Source: Bacteroidia bacterium (GTDB lineage: Bacteria; Bacteroidota; Bacteroidia; NS11-12g; UBA955). From it: 64,000 nt of DNA. The stretch covers positions 17,805-81,804 of the forward strand of contig JBBQBB010000002.1 in NCBI GenBank assembly GCA_038317095.1, in the 5' to 3' direction. Every line of letters begins with the position of its first letter. Within the stretch, counting starts at the first letter, position 1. Both the position numbers and the translations under genes were made by a program. The notes beneath the pieces are model-generated. The model was not told the DNA's origin and did not search any database. It saw only the letters and a program-made list of their open reading frames with translations. Positions 1 through 10,028 of the stretch are shown in pieces.

Positions 1-2032
1 GGACATCGGTACGAATGCCTTCTACGTTTTGCGCGTACCAGAGAGGATAAGTATCATTATCTCCATTACAAAAAAGAATCGCATTTGGTTCTAGACTATT
101 CAAAAAGTTTTTAGCCATATCCAATCCAATATACCGGCTAGAACGATCGTGGTCATCCCAGTTTCTGTAGCCCATGTTTACTGGAACCAATACAATACAA
201 GCAATGGCGGCTGTAATTGCAGCAGATTTTTTCAACCATTTTTTAATCATATCCGCAACCATGATTACGCCCAAACCCACCCAGATGCAGAAAGTTTGGA
301 AAGAGCCCACCAAAGAGTAATCCCTTTCGCGGGGTTCGTAAGGTGGTTGGTTCATGTACACGTTTATTAAAACTCCGGTAAATAAGAACAATGTCATTAC
401 CAGCCAAAAGTCTTTTCTGCCTTTTTTCCAATGTAGCATAAATCCAAAAATGCCTAACAATAAGGGTAAAAAGTAATAGGGATTTTTTGCTTTTTGATTT
501 TTGTAATAATCTGGCATATCCTTAGATGGACCGGTGATAAATCGATCGACAAATGGAATTCCGCTGTATACATTTCCATCAAATCTTTCGTTGTGGCTAA
601 CTGCTTGTTGGTCGTTAAACCTACCTACAAAATTCCACATAAAATAACGGATGTACATATAGCGAATTTGATAATTGAAGAAGTAAAAAATATTGTTTTT
701 AAACGAAGGTTTTTCAGCTTCAAGAAGTTCTATTTCTTGCTGTTCTGCTTGCGTCAAAGGCTGTCCTTGTTGTCGTTTCTGGTTGAGTATGTCTATTTGA
801 TTTTGAACATCAGACATCCCTCCAAATTCTCTAAAACCTCTTGCATCCCCAGATTTGTTCGATTTGCCCATTCTTGGGAAAAGCGTCATATATTCTTCAT
901 CAAAAACGGGCTCATAAGTTGCACCTGTGGCTTCGTACATGCTGTCGCCTTTGTAATATTTTGGAGGATTTTCCTTGTAATCCACCTGAGGGGCATTGAA
1001 AAATGGGCCTTTCACCAAAGGGCGGTCGCCGTATTGTTCACGGGTGATATAACCGTAAAATTTATAAGGATCTTCAGGGTTATTCATGTCAATGGCTGGA
1101 TTTGCCAAAGAACGAATTACTACCATTGCATAACTGCTGTAACCTAGAATAATGAAGCCTATAGAAATAAATGCCAAGTTAAGATTGCGATGGCCATTTT
1201 TGGTAGACCACCATATTAGCGCTGCAAGACCTCCAAAAATAAGGACAAGCGCCAGAATAGTACCTGTATAAAAGGGCAACCCAAAACTATTCACTGCCAA
1301 TTTATCCATTGCTGCCAAAAGCCATGGAATACCTGGATAAATAACTTTCATTACCAGACCCAAAGCGATCATTGCTGCCCCGAATGCATAAAAAACACCT
1401 GCTCTGCTAACGGTATACCTTCTAAAATAATAAGCGAGACAAATGGTTGGGATTACGAGTAAATTTAACATGTGGGTTCCCAATGCGAGTCCGGTAATAA
1501 AAGCTATAAAAACCAACCACCGGTCATTGTGGCTGTCGTTACTTTGTCTGTCCCAGCGTAAAATTGCCCAAAAAGTAAGGGCTGTAAAGAATGAGCTCAT
1601 CGCATAAACCTCGCCCTCAACCGCGCTGAACCAAAAGCTGTCCAGGAAAGTATTGGTTAAAGCAGCAACTACTCCGGCTCCGATAATCAAGATGTTCTTA
1701 TTGTCGTTATCATCGTCCACCAATTTTTGGGCAAAATGGGAGGTAATCCAGAAAGTAAACATTACACAACCTGCGCTAGAGACAGCAGAGAGCATGTTTA
1801 TCCAAAATCCCACATGTTGCACATCCGGCGACAACATGGAAAACAATCTACCCACCATAAGAAATAGGGGGGCTCCTGGCGGATGGACTACCTGCAACTT
1901 ATAGGCTGCACTTAAAAATTCACCACAATCCCATAAGCTTACGGAGGATTCTAGGGTAAGAGTGTAAACAACCAATGCAATGGCAAACATTGCCCATCCA
2001 AAGATGCGGTTCAAAGACCTTATATTATTCAT
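1..2032 (-). CDS. DUF2723/TMEM260-like multi-pass membrane protein. ATG at 2030-2032; the C-terminal part runs off the window start.
   Basis: Hand translation of the minus strand from ATG 2030-2032 gives MNNIRSLNRIFGWAMFAIALVVYTLTLESSVSLWDCGEF... and stays open to position 1. The ORF track misses it because there is no stop inside the window. The hydrophobic N-terminus plus the S-x-S-x-W-D-C-G-E-F motif matches my memory of the DUF2723 family in Bacteroidota. Spurious antisense ORFs 494..1147 and 1653..1904 lie inside it. Confidence 0.5.
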   Translation of the reverse strand, partial: MNNIRSLNRIFGWAMFAIALVVYTLTLESSVSLWDCGEFLSAAYKLQVVHPPGAPLFLMVGRLFSMLSPDVQHVGFWINMLSAVSSAGCVMFTFWITSHFAQKLVDDDNDNKNILIIGAGVVAALTNTFLDSFWFSAVEGEVYAMSSFFTALTFWAILRWDRQSNDSHNDRWLVFIAFITGLALGTHMLNLLVIPTICLAYYFRRYTVSRAGVFYAFGAAMIALGLVMKVIYPGIPWLLAAMDKLAVNSFGLPFYTGTILALVLIFGGLAALIWWSTKNGHRNLNLAFISIGFIILGYSSYAMVVIRSLANPAIDMNNPEDPYKFYGYITREQYGDRPLVKGPFFNAPQVDYKENPPKYYKGDSMYEATGATYEPVFDEEYMTLFPRMGKSNKSGDARGFREFGGMSDVQNQIDILNQKRQQGQPLTQAEQQEIELLEAEKPSFKNNIFYFFNYQIRYMYIRYFMWNFVGRFNDQQAVSHNERFDGNVYSGIPFVDRFITGPSKDMPDYYKNQKAKNPYYFLPLLLGIFGFMLHWKKGRKDFWLVMTLFLFTGVLINVYMNQPPYEPRERDYSLVGSFQTFCIWVGLGVIMVADMIKKWLKKSAAITAAIACIVLVPVNMGYRNWDDHDRSSRYIGLDMAKNFLNSLEPNAILFCNGDNDTYPLWYAQNVEGIRTDV

Positions 2033-2118
2033 GAGTATTTTATATCGTAATTAATAGGTGGCGAAAATACGGATTTCAAATTCAATTTTCATTGTACAGT
2101 GATGACTTTGCGAATATT

Positions 2119-3654
2119 TCAGATAGACGTTGCAGAAATAGTTGCAGTTGCCTTGGCTATTCGGGAAGCGGTTGTTTTTTTGCCTAAAAGACCAATCATT
2201 TCGAAGATTGGCGGCCCTGTAGGTTCTCCGCTTACAGCAATTCGCAAGGGCTGCATCAATTCGCCAGCTTTGGCGGGTGTTTCTATACAATAAGATTTAA
2301 AAATATTTTCCAAATCTGTTGCTGAATAATCGGAATTTGCAGACCATGCAGTTGCAATTGCGTTTAAATGCATGTTTGTATCTGTTTTCCATTTTTTCTG
2401 CACCACTTCGGCATTGTATATTTTGGGGTCTTCAAAGAAATAATAGGCTTGGGAGACAATTTCGTTCGCAAAATGGACTTTTTCTCTCAGTAAGCTTATT
2501 ACTTTTTCTACATAAGGTTTTTCGGCAGAATACTGGCGTGTCTTTATTTCCGGCATTATTTCATCCGCAATATTTGACAAAGGCTCTTGCAACAAGTATT
2601 GATGGTTGAACCATATCGCTTTATTTAAATCAAACTTGGCGCCACTTTTACTCACTTTTTCTAATGAAAATGCATCGATAAGTTCAGCCATGCTGAACAA
2701 TTCTTTATTGTCGCTGGGATGCCAACCTAGCATGGCCAGCATGTTGGCAACAGCTTCAGGTATATAGCCAGCCTCCTTATATCCGCTGCTTACTTCACCA
2801 GATGCAGGGTCTTTCCACTCCATAGGGAAAACGGGAAAACCGAGCCTATCTCCATCTCTTTTGCTCAATTTGCCATTTCCCTCTGGTTTTAGCAACAAAG
2901 GCAAATGGGCAAATTCAGGCATTACATTTTCCCAACCCATAAATTTGTACAGCATAACATGTGTGGGTGCACTTGGAAGCCATTCCTCTCCGCGGATTAC
3001 GTGTGAAATTCCCATTAAATAATCATCCACCACATTGGCCAAATGGTAAGTTGGCATGCCGTCACTTTTCAACAATACCTTATCGTCCAATTGGGCAGTA
3101 TTTACCACCACCCAACCGCGTATAATATCATGAAATCGAACTTCTTCTTTTCTTGGCATTTTAATGCGAATCACATAAGGACTTCCACTATCAATGCGCG
3201 ATTTTACTTCGTCCGCAGGTAAAGTTAACGAATTGTGCATGCTAATTCTGCTCACAGCATCGTAGGCCGGCTGCATTCCGCCTGCTTCCAATCGTTTGCG
3301 CATATCATTTAAATCGTTTTCTGTATCGAATGCATAATAAGCATGGCCCTTTTCAATCAAGTCAAAAGCATATTGGGCATACATTTGTTTTCTCTCGCTT
3401 TGACGATAAGGCGCATGGGGTCCGCCCACACCTTGTCCTTCATCTATTTCAATACCTACCCATTTTAAACTATCAATTATATATTGCTCAGCGCCAGCAA
3501 CAAATCGATTTTGGTCAGTATCCTCCACTCGTAAAATCATAGTGCCACCATGTTTGCGGGCAAACAAGTAATTGTACAATGCTGTGCGCACACCGCCAAT
3601 ATGCAGCGGACCAGTGGGGCTAGGGGCAAAACGAACGCGAACGGGGCGGGTCAT
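2119..3654 (-). CDS. gltX: glutamate--tRNA ligase (class I)
   Basis: ORF 2119..3702. It has the HIGH-region RVRFAPSPTGPLHIGGVRTALYNY and a KMSKS-type NGKLSKRDGD motif. The start is trimmed to internal Met MTRPVRV, giving 512 aa. Confidence 0.9.
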   Translation of the reverse strand: MTRPVRVRFAPSPTGPLHIGGVRTALYNYLFARKHGGTMILRVEDTDQNRFVAGAEQYIIDSLKWVGIEIDEGQGVGGPHAPYRQSERKQMYAQYAFDLIEKGHAYYAFDTENDLNDMRKRLEAGGMQPAYDAVSRISMHNSLTLPADEVKSRIDSGSPYVIRIKMPRKEEVRFHDIIRGWVVVNTAQLDDKVLLKSDGMPTYHLANVVDDYLMGISHVIRGEEWLPSAPTHVMLYKFMGWENVMPEFAHLPLLLKPEGNGKLSKRDGDRLGFPVFPMEWKDPASGEVSSGYKEAGYIPEAVANMLAMLGWHPSDNKELFSMAELIDAFSLEKVSKSGAKFDLNKAIWFNHQYLLQEPLSNIADEIMPEIKTRQYSAEKPYVEKVISLLREKVHFANEIVSQAYYFFEDPKIYNAEVVQKKWKTDTNMHLNAIATAWSANSDYSATDLENIFKSYCIETPAKAGELMQPLRIAVSGEPTGPPIFEMIGLLGKKTTASRIAKATATISATSI

Positions 3655-3664
3655 AATAAGCCCG

Positions 3665-3672
3665 CAAATATA
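3665..3672 (-). promoter_or_regulatory. TATATTTG (TAnnTTTG -7 box) 10 nt upstream of the gltX ATG. It is a candidate sigma-A promoter giving a near-leaderless mRNA.
   Basis: The minus-strand read is cttaTATATTTGcgggcttattATG. It matches the Bacteroidota -7 consensus exactly. Confidence 0.35.
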
Positions 3673-3679
3673 AGCACTA

Positions 3680-4255
3680 TCACCAATGATAGCAGGCACC
3701 AAACTGAATCAATCCTTTAGAAAATCCAGCTTCTGTGTAAAAACTCACTTTTTTGGCCAAATGATAACGTAATCCTATTGTGGCTTCTAATCCTAATAAA
3801 TTGTCAGGAATGGTCAAACCATCATTTTTTCCATTGTATGGTTTGTTCGTCGGTTTGTGAAAAGGTATTGTATTTCTTAGGCCTATTCCCACACCGGCAT
3901 AGGTTTCTAATTGCGAATTGATTTCAAAATAGTAATTGGCACGCAAAAGGACGCTGAAAAATGTAGTTTTTTGCTCGGAAGCACCTAATATGTTGCTGCT
4001 TTTGCGCCCGAAAGCCAAGTTAGTCCCAATTCCAATGTGGTTTTCAAATCTTTTTTCATACTTAAGCATAAGCGGTCCTTTAGATCCACCCCAGTTGTCA
4101 AAATCAAATGAATAGAAACCGTAACCTAAGGCGAAAACGTTTTTTGAATAACTTGGATTGGCATTGACTTCCGCTTTTACCAAACATGGAGAGATTAAAA
4201 ATAGGATTGGCAATGCACAAAAGAATAGGAACTTTATTTTAAAATTATTAGGCAT
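3680..4255 (-). CDS. small outer-membrane beta-barrel protein (porin/OmpW-like)
   Basis: ORF 3680..4303 trimmed to MPNNFKIKFLFFCALPILFLISPCLVKA, a signal peptide. It shows an alternating amphipathic beta-strand pattern and an aromatic-rich C-terminus. Confidence 0.55.
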   Translation of the reverse strand: MPNNFKIKFLFFCALPILFLISPCLVKAEVNANPSYSKNVFALGYGFYSFDFDNWGGSKGPLMLKYEKRFENHIGIGTNLAFGRKSSNILGASEQKTTFFSVLLRANYYFEINSQLETYAGVGIGLRNTIPFHKPTNKPYNGKNDGLTIPDNLLGLEATIGLRYHLAKKVSFYTEAGFSKGLIQFGACYHW

Positions 4256-4321
4256 ACAATGAATACCTGCAAATTTAGGATGTACCCCTATTTCAGAAGT
4301 CACAGGATTATCAGGGATAAG

Positions 4322-4843
4322 TCATGAATTTCTCATTTTTTCAGAGTTGAATAGATTCGATCCATTCTTGGGGATCGAAAGCGATTTCCATTCTGTGGTT
4401 TTATGGGTTTTGCAAAGCAATACAATTTGTCCAATATGGTAAGCATAGTGCGCCATTTGGCGATTTATAGCTTCGGTGACTGTATGCGGCTCTTTACGAA
4501 TGAAAACCGTTTTATTCAAATCGGAATCTGATAACCCGTCCAATGAGGATATAAATACAGACCATCCTTTTTCCCAATTTATAAATACCATTGCACGGGT
4601 GAGGTTTAAATTCTCAAATTCTGCGTCTCGATTTCGCCAATCTTTTTCGCCATCGCTGGTTAAAAAATCAGTCCAACGAGACAGCATGTTGCCGCTTAAA
4701 TGTTGCATGATGATAGCAATGCTATTTTCATCGTTTTTGTGCGTTATAAAAAGTGCATCATCTTTTACTTGTTCAATGGCTTTTTCTGCAATAGTTTTGT
4801 ACTGCTTGAATATTTGAATGGATGAAGGCAAAAAGGAGCTCAT
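4322..4843 (-). CDS. DinB/DUF1572-like four-helix metalloprotein
   Basis: ORF 4322..4891 trimmed to MSSFLPSS. The conserved His pattern (HLSGNM ... HYAYHIGQIVL) is typical of DinB_2/DUF1572 proteins. Confidence 0.5.
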   Translation of the reverse strand: MSSFLPSSIQIFKQYKTIAEKAIEQVKDDALFITHKNDENSIAIIMQHLSGNMLSRWTDFLTSDGEKDWRNRDAEFENLNLTRAMVFINWEKGWSVFISSLDGLSDSDLNKTVFIRKEPHTVTEAINRQMAHYAYHIGQIVLLCKTHKTTEWKSLSIPKNGSNLFNSEKMRNS

Positions 4844-4918
4844 ATTCAGATGTAAAAGTAAATAAAAAAAATTAAAAAAGAAATTTGACAAAAGAAATGT
4901 CTTGGCATTTCGTTTAAT

Positions 4919-5575
4919 ATGATAATGCCTTCAAGGTATATAAATTTATTTATGGGATTGTGTCTCATGTTCATCTTATTTTATAAGATGCCAGCTGGCC
5001 ATTGGAATTTTTCCTATATTACAACGGCAAATGCTACAAGTAAAAATTCGCTTGAAGATCGAAAATTTATTTCGGCAAAACGTGCCTTGGATTCTGCCCA
5101 TAAAACTTTAACATGGCTAAAAAAAAATGGATACTCGACGAATCTAATTTTTTTAGCAGATATGAAGTTGAATATGGATGTAAAACGATTTTATGTAATC
5201 CAACCAGATAGCAATAGGATGCTTGCAACTTTTTTAGTTGCACATGGCAGTGGAAAAGGCAGCACAGGAGATAGCGTGGTATGCAGCAACATTCCAGGAA
5301 GTCTGTGTACTTCCATAGGCAAATACCAATTGGGAAAAACGTTGATGGGTGAATATGGCAAAGGATATTGGATGGATGGATTGGAAAAAACCAACAACAA
5401 TGCGCGAAAAAGGCTTATCGTATTCCATTATTATTTGCTACAAACCACGGAAGAATTTGGTGGCCACAATTATTTCAGCAGCGGCTGTCCTATGCTTGCC
5501 AAAAGCAGTTTTGATTTTTGTGATTCTTTGATACAGAAAGAGGGTAAACCGGTATTGATGTGGATTTATAAATGA
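4919..5575 (+). CDS. L,D-transpeptidase catalytic-domain family protein (YkuD_2-like), membrane anchored
   Basis: 218-aa ORF with an N-terminal hydrophobic segment. It carries a VAHGSGKGS ... SSGCP motif consistent with the L,D-transpeptidase catalytic His/Cys pair. Confidence 0.45.
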   Translation: MIMPSRYINLFMGLCLMFILFYKMPAGHWNFSYITTANATSKNSLEDRKFISAKRALDSAHKTLTWLKKNGYSTNLIFLADMKLNMDVKRFYVIQPDSNRMLATFLVAHGSGKGSTGDSVVCSNIPGSLCTSIGKYQLGKTLMGEYGKGYWMDGLEKTNNNARKRLIVFHYYLLQTTEEFGGHNYFSSGCPMLAKSSFDFCDSLIQKEGKPVLMWIYK

Positions 5576-5669
5576 ACAGTTGATGACAGCCACATAATTT
5601 TTTCAAAACAGTGTTTTATATTAAAATTCCGTTATAAAGGCCCAAACATTTTTAATTAAATATTTGACA

Positions 5670-6032
5670 ATGTGTAGTTATAGAGATTTGGAAATTTGGA
5701 AACTAAGGAGAGAATTGTGAATTGAAATTCACCATATGGGTTTTACACTCCCAAAATTTGAAATGTATGAAACTGGAAATCAAATTCGGAGATCTTCTAA
5801 ATCCATTGGATCAAATATTGTAGAGAGTTTTGGCAGAAGGCTATTCGAACAAGATTTTATCCGATTTATTGGAATTTCTTCCTCTTGATGCGATGAAAAA
5901 TTGGACCATTTACAAACACTATTAGATTGCAACTCGCTTAAAAATCAAAGCATATAAAAAACGCAAATTGGCCTGTAAATTGTTGGGTTCAAAAATTCAA
6001 AAATATTTATATGTATTAGAATATGGTCATAA
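5670..6032 (+). pseudogene. four-helix-bundle protein (23S rRNA intervening-sequence protein family) inactivated by multiple nonsense codons
   Basis: Continuous-frame hand translation gives [99 protein letters not shown]... This matches the SYRDLEVWK...QIRRSA.SI.SNIAEG...ETQL pattern of the family. The in-frame stops are TGA 5718-5720 and two further ones, with no frameshift. The first TGA aligns to Val, not Trp, so this is not recoding. Confidence 0.7.
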
Positions 6033-6168
6033 AATACGGTAGTTTTTCAATAACGGCTTTGGTTGACAGTAACGATGGGGAATCCATCGGGTTTTATTTT
6101 CCATTCGGCCTTTATCGGTTTTTTATCGGCGCTTGCTAAGCATTGGTTGATTGTATTATCTTCGCAGC

Positions 6169-6615
6169 ATGTCATTGGTAACAGAAGTTAATGAAGGAAT
6201 AAAAGCCGCGATGAAGGCTCGCGATGAAGTAAGATTGCGTGCTTTGCGCAGCATTAAAAGTGCTTTTCTATTGCTGGCAACCGCAGAAGGTGGAGCAGAA
6301 GTTACAGACGATTTGTGCATCAAAGCGCTACAAAAATTAGCGAAACAACGTAAAGATAGCATCTCCATTTTTGAGGAACAAAATCGAAATGATTTGGCAG
6401 ATAAGGAAAAGGAAGAATTGCTTATAATTGACGCATTTTTACCAGTACAAATGAATGAGGCGGATGTGGAAGCAAAAATCAAAGAAATCATCGCAAATGC
6501 AGGTGCTAACGGTCCAAAGGACATGGGCAAAGTCATTCCTGTGGCAATGAAGGAACTAGGTGGCGTTGCTGATGGCAAATTGATTAGCGAAATTGTGAAG
6601 CGTTTGCTTCAATGA
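6169..6615 (+). CDS. yqeY: GatB/YqeY domain protein
   Basis: MSLVTEVNEGIKAAMKARDEVRLRALRSIKSAFLL ... GKLISEIVKRLLQ shows typical YqeY architecture. ORF 6151 begins at TTG; the ATG is at 6169. Confidence 0.8.
   Translation: MSLVTEVNEGIKAAMKARDEVRLRALRSIKSAFLLLATAEGGAEVTDDLCIKALQKLAKQRKDSISIFEEQNRNDLADKEKEELLIIDAFLPVQMNEADVEAKIKEIIANAGANGPKDMGKVIPVAMKELGGVADGKLISEIVKRLLQ
6582..6608. repeat. direct repeat copy A (27 nt), the last 9 codons of yqeY
   Basis: gattagcgaaattgtgaagcgtttgct. It is repeated at 8292..8318 with 2 mismatches. Confidence 0.8.
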
Positions 6616-6875
6616 CAATGATTGGTTTAACTCTAATAAAGAATTCTCCGCATTGGCGGACGCGGAATTTGGGTTAGATCAAATTTTATCAAATTTTAAA
6701 CTTCACGAAACCGTTTTTTCGCGAAATCGCCTAACCAAAATTTAATTTTGGCAAGGCAGTTCTTTACTAAATCATTTTAGCAATCTATTTTATCGTTTTC
6801 ACACATTCACATTGTCATTTCACACAATGTAAAAAACGAGACGGGGTTTCAAACGTTAATTTACGATAACCTATC

Positions 6876-8258
6876 ATGAAAAAACCAATCTTAAAACTTG
6901 TTCTATTGTTGGGAGGCATTGCTGCCTTTGCTTTTACAACCCAAAACACGGGCACTCAATTGCCTCCATTTTACAGTGATTCTTCCTTCTCTATTGCTTG
7001 GGCTATGGACAACAATAGCATCCATTCCGATAAAGATCATGTGTATTTTTACACTGAATTGAGGGGTGGAAAAGTGGCAGCCGATCCAAATCGAAAACAC
7101 CTAAATCTGGCTCTGGTTATTGATCGCAGCGGCTCTATGGGTGGTCTAAAAATAGAGTATGCGAAAAAAGCCGCCCATACACTTGTTCAAAATCTTCAGT
7201 CAGGCGATCACTTTGCACTTGTAGACTATGATGAACAGATATCAACCCCGGTTTTTAGCACTGTAATTGGTGAAAACCGGAAGGCCATTAACAAAGAGGT
7301 TGACAAGCTCTATGCACGAGGAAGTACTAATTTATGCGGAGGGATGTTGGAAGGATTTAAACAGGCGAAAGTAAGTTTTAACAAGGATTTTATTAATAGG
7401 GTTCTGCTCTTTAGCGATGGAATAGCCAATGTGGGTGTTATAAGCAATTTGGAAATTCAAAAAATGGCCAAATCCAAGCTAGAAGAAACGGGAATTTCAC
7501 TGTCAAGTTTTGGAATAGGCAGTGATTTTAACGAACAATTAATGACCCATTTGGCCGAATATGGAAACGGGAATTATTATTTTATTAACAATCCGGATAA
7601 TATTCCAACCCAACTAGCGGCTGAATTAAATGGATTGCTCTCAACAGTGGCTCAGAATTTACAGTTGAATTTACAGGTGCCTGAAAATGAATATACAGTA
7701 GAGAAAGTATATGGTGGTAATTTTACTTTTTTAAACAATACTGTTTCGATAAATATCGGAAATGTAACAGCAGAGGAAACACATCCTGTTTTGATCAAAT
7801 TAAAGAGAAAAACCAAAGCAGTTGCCGATGAAATATTTAATGCATCTGTAATTTACAATACAGCAAAAACGGGTATTGAAAAAAAGGTAGAGAATGCGTT
7901 TAAGCTTATTTATACACAAGACAAAAGTGAATGGGCTACAACACAGAATTCCGTTGTTTGGAATGCAGTACAGGCTTATGATCTTAATGAAATTATGGAG
8001 TCTGCAATGATGGAAATGGAAAGAGGGAATCAGGCAAAGGCGAAAGTTTATTTGGATACAATACGTTCTCCACGTTTCGAAATTTTCGTTTCGGATACGG
8101 TACACTTTATCACGAATTCTACTGTAGTGCGAAGTTACCAAATACAGGCAGAAAACAATGCCACTTATTCAACAAAAAGTTATAATGAGCAAAAAGTTAT
8201 TTTAAAGAATGGGCGCGCGGATAGCTATAAGTTTAGGGCAAAAGGCAAGATAAAATAG
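6876..8258 (+). CDS. secreted von Willebrand factor type A (VWA) domain protein
   Basis: Signal peptide MKKPILKLVLLLGGIAAFAF. MIDAS motif LALVIDRSGSMGG, with downstream T and D residues. There is a long C-terminal extension. Confidence 0.75.
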   Translation: MKKPILKLVLLLGGIAAFAFTTQNTGTQLPPFYSDSSFSIAWAMDNNSIHSDKDHVYFYTELRGGKVAADPNRKHLNLALVIDRSGSMGGLKIEYAKKAAHTLVQNLQSGDHFALVDYDEQISTPVFSTVIGENRKAINKEVDKLYARGSTNLCGGMLEGFKQAKVSFNKDFINRVLLFSDGIANVGVISNLEIQKMAKSKLEETGISLSSFGIGSDFNEQLMTHLAEYGNGNYYFINNPDNIPTQLAAELNGLLSTVAQNLQLNLQVPENEYTVEKVYGGNFTFLNNTVSINIGNVTAEETHPVLIKLKRKTKAVADEIFNASVIYNTAKTGIEKKVENAFKLIYTQDKSEWATTQNSVVWNAVQAYDLNEIMESAMMEMERGNQAKAKVYLDTIRSPRFEIFVSDTVHFITNSTVVRSYQIQAENNATYSTKSYNEQKVILKNGRADSYKFRAKGKIK

Positions 8259-8291
8259 TTTTTCTAGGTGTTATAAAAGACAGTTCGAATG

Positions 8292-8318
8292 GATTAGCGA
8301 AATTGTAAAACGTTTGCT
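8292..8318. repeat. direct repeat copy B (27 nt), a degenerate duplicate of the yqeY 3' end downstream of the VWA gene
   Basis: gattagcgaaattgtaaaacgtttgct would encode W-ISEIVKRLL-VLGK*, against the intact yqeY ...LISEIVKRLLQ*. Confidence 0.8.
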
Positions 8319-8392
8319 GGTTTTGGGGAAATAGTTTTCGGTTTGCGGGAATAAGCGCCAATTAAAACGCCAATATTTTCGGACAATCCGTA

Positions 8393-9982
8393 TTATTTCC
8401 AAACAACAAATCTTGCAGAAAAATCACCATTTAATGTATTTCCACGCAGCAAATAAATTCCATTTTCCAAATCGGAAATATTAATCCTGTTGTCGTTTTT
8501 GTATTGAATAAATTTAACTATTTTACCTTGTAAATCTGTAATTTCTACATTGACATTTGTCAATGTAGAATATAAATTTACGTTCAATTCATTGTAAGCA
8601 GGAACGGGCCAAACCTTGATTAGGGGTAGGTCTTCAGAAACAATGCGTTTTTGAATTGCATTGGTCTTTTGTTTCCAATTGGTAGAACCAAACCAAATTT
8701 CCAATTTGTTATTTCTTACATCTCCCCAAACTGCACAAAGGGTGTCTCCGTTTATGGCGCATGACATAAAATCGTTGCCACTCTGGTAGAGAACATTATT
8801 GAATGCAGCATTGTTTGCAGACATGCGCATGTTCTTTTGAAAGGTTTTACCGCTATCAACACTTACCGTACAATAACAATCTGAACCTTGGACAAATCCC
8901 TTTCCTGTTGCGTTTCTGCGGTCGCGCCAACAGACAGCCAATTCGCCGACTTTGCCCCAACTGGCCCAGGCCAAATCTTGTAATTTCCCATTGCCTAAAG
9001 TATCGTCATTTACTCGAACACCCGTGTTCCATTTTTTGCCTCCATCATTGCTTCGGTATACAAATACATCTGCATCTCCGTTGCGACCTTCAAGTCCTAC
9101 AAAAATCATGGCATTGGCATCTTTGGGGTGTGCAAGTAAAAGGTAGCCAGTTTTTAGATTGGTGTCGCCTGCTTTGGTTGGATTACTAATTGCAGAATTG
9201 TATTTAAAAGTGGCGCCTTTTGATGCAGAGGTAGCCAAATACATTTGTGGGAGAACGTTTTGTGACGCAACATAAGATGGATAAATGGCCATAAATTTAC
9301 CATCGGCTGTGACGGAAGGGGTTGCCATCGGTGCTTGTATCAAATTGCCTACCAAATAGCCAGTTGAATCAATATATCGAATGGATGACCAATTTTTCCC
9401 ATCGCTAGAAACTTTTAAATAGGGTCGGTTTGGGGCGGCAATCCAGGGGGCTGGTTTGCTTGTAACATAAAAGGTTCCATCAGTTGGGCCGCCGCTTCTA
9501 TCAATTACGAGCCATGGACGATCCAAATAAATTTTGGGTGATTCATCCCCACTTAAAATTTTTGATTCACTGTTCCACAATAATCCCCCGTTCGAACTCG
9601 AAAAAAGATACAACCCACCAGAGTCTGTGTTGGATTTATAATCTATATAAACAATATACAATTTACCGCTGCTGTTAAAAGCCATGGTGGGGTCGGCGCT
9701 ACCCCATTTAGTTGCAAAATGGGGTAGCGAAGTGGGTGTGCTCCAGGTTTTTCCCCCATCAAAAGTGGCGCGTGTTTTTATGGTAATTTGTGTTCCTGTG
9801 CCAGCAATACCTAGGCTCATCCAAGCAACAACCATATGTCTTGAATTTGTAGGATTTACTACCATGTTTGGCTCACCATCAAAACCAATGCCGTTGGAAA
9901 TTTTGGTTTCTGTGGGTTGTGCTAATGCAATTATACTGGAGATTAAAAAGGCAAATGTGAAAAGCATCTTTGTTTTTTGCAT
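8393..9982 (-). CDS. BNR/Asp-box repeat (sialidase-like beta-propeller) protein with T9SS C-terminal sorting domain
   Basis: Signal peptide MQKTKMLFTFAFLISSIIALA. Several S-x-D-x-G-x-T-W Asp-boxes (TFDGGKTWS, SSDGKNWSS, SNDGGKKWN, SVDSGKTFQ). C-terminal ...NGIYLLRGNTLNGDFSARFVVWK is typical of a type-9 secretion CTD. Confidence 0.7.
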   Translation of the reverse strand: MQKTKMLFTFAFLISSIIALAQPTETKISNGIGFDGEPNMVVNPTNSRHMVVAWMSLGIAGTGTQITIKTRATFDGGKTWSTPTSLPHFATKWGSADPTMAFNSSGKLYIVYIDYKSNTDSGGLYLFSSSNGGLLWNSESKILSGDESPKIYLDRPWLVIDRSGGPTDGTFYVTSKPAPWIAAPNRPYLKVSSDGKNWSSIRYIDSTGYLVGNLIQAPMATPSVTADGKFMAIYPSYVASQNVLPQMYLATSASKGATFKYNSAISNPTKAGDTNLKTGYLLLAHPKDANAMIFVGLEGRNGDADVFVYRSNDGGKKWNTGVRVNDDTLGNGKLQDLAWASWGKVGELAVCWRDRRNATGKGFVQGSDCYCTVSVDSGKTFQKNMRMSANNAAFNNVLYQSGNDFMSCAINGDTLCAVWGDVRNNKLEIWFGSTNWKQKTNAIQKRIVSEDLPLIKVWPVPAYNELNVNLYSTLTNVNVEITDLQGKIVKFIQYKNDNRINISDLENGIYLLRGNTLNGDFSARFVVWK

Positions 9983-10028
9983 GAGTTTTAGATACATTTA
10001 TTTGTGAAAGGTTTAATTAAAAATAAAA

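Noticed and set aside
494-1147. 217-aa plus-strand ORF, and 1653..1904
   Set aside because: Low-complexity translation. It lies antisense inside the long minus-strand DUF2723-like membrane protein gene that runs off the window start.
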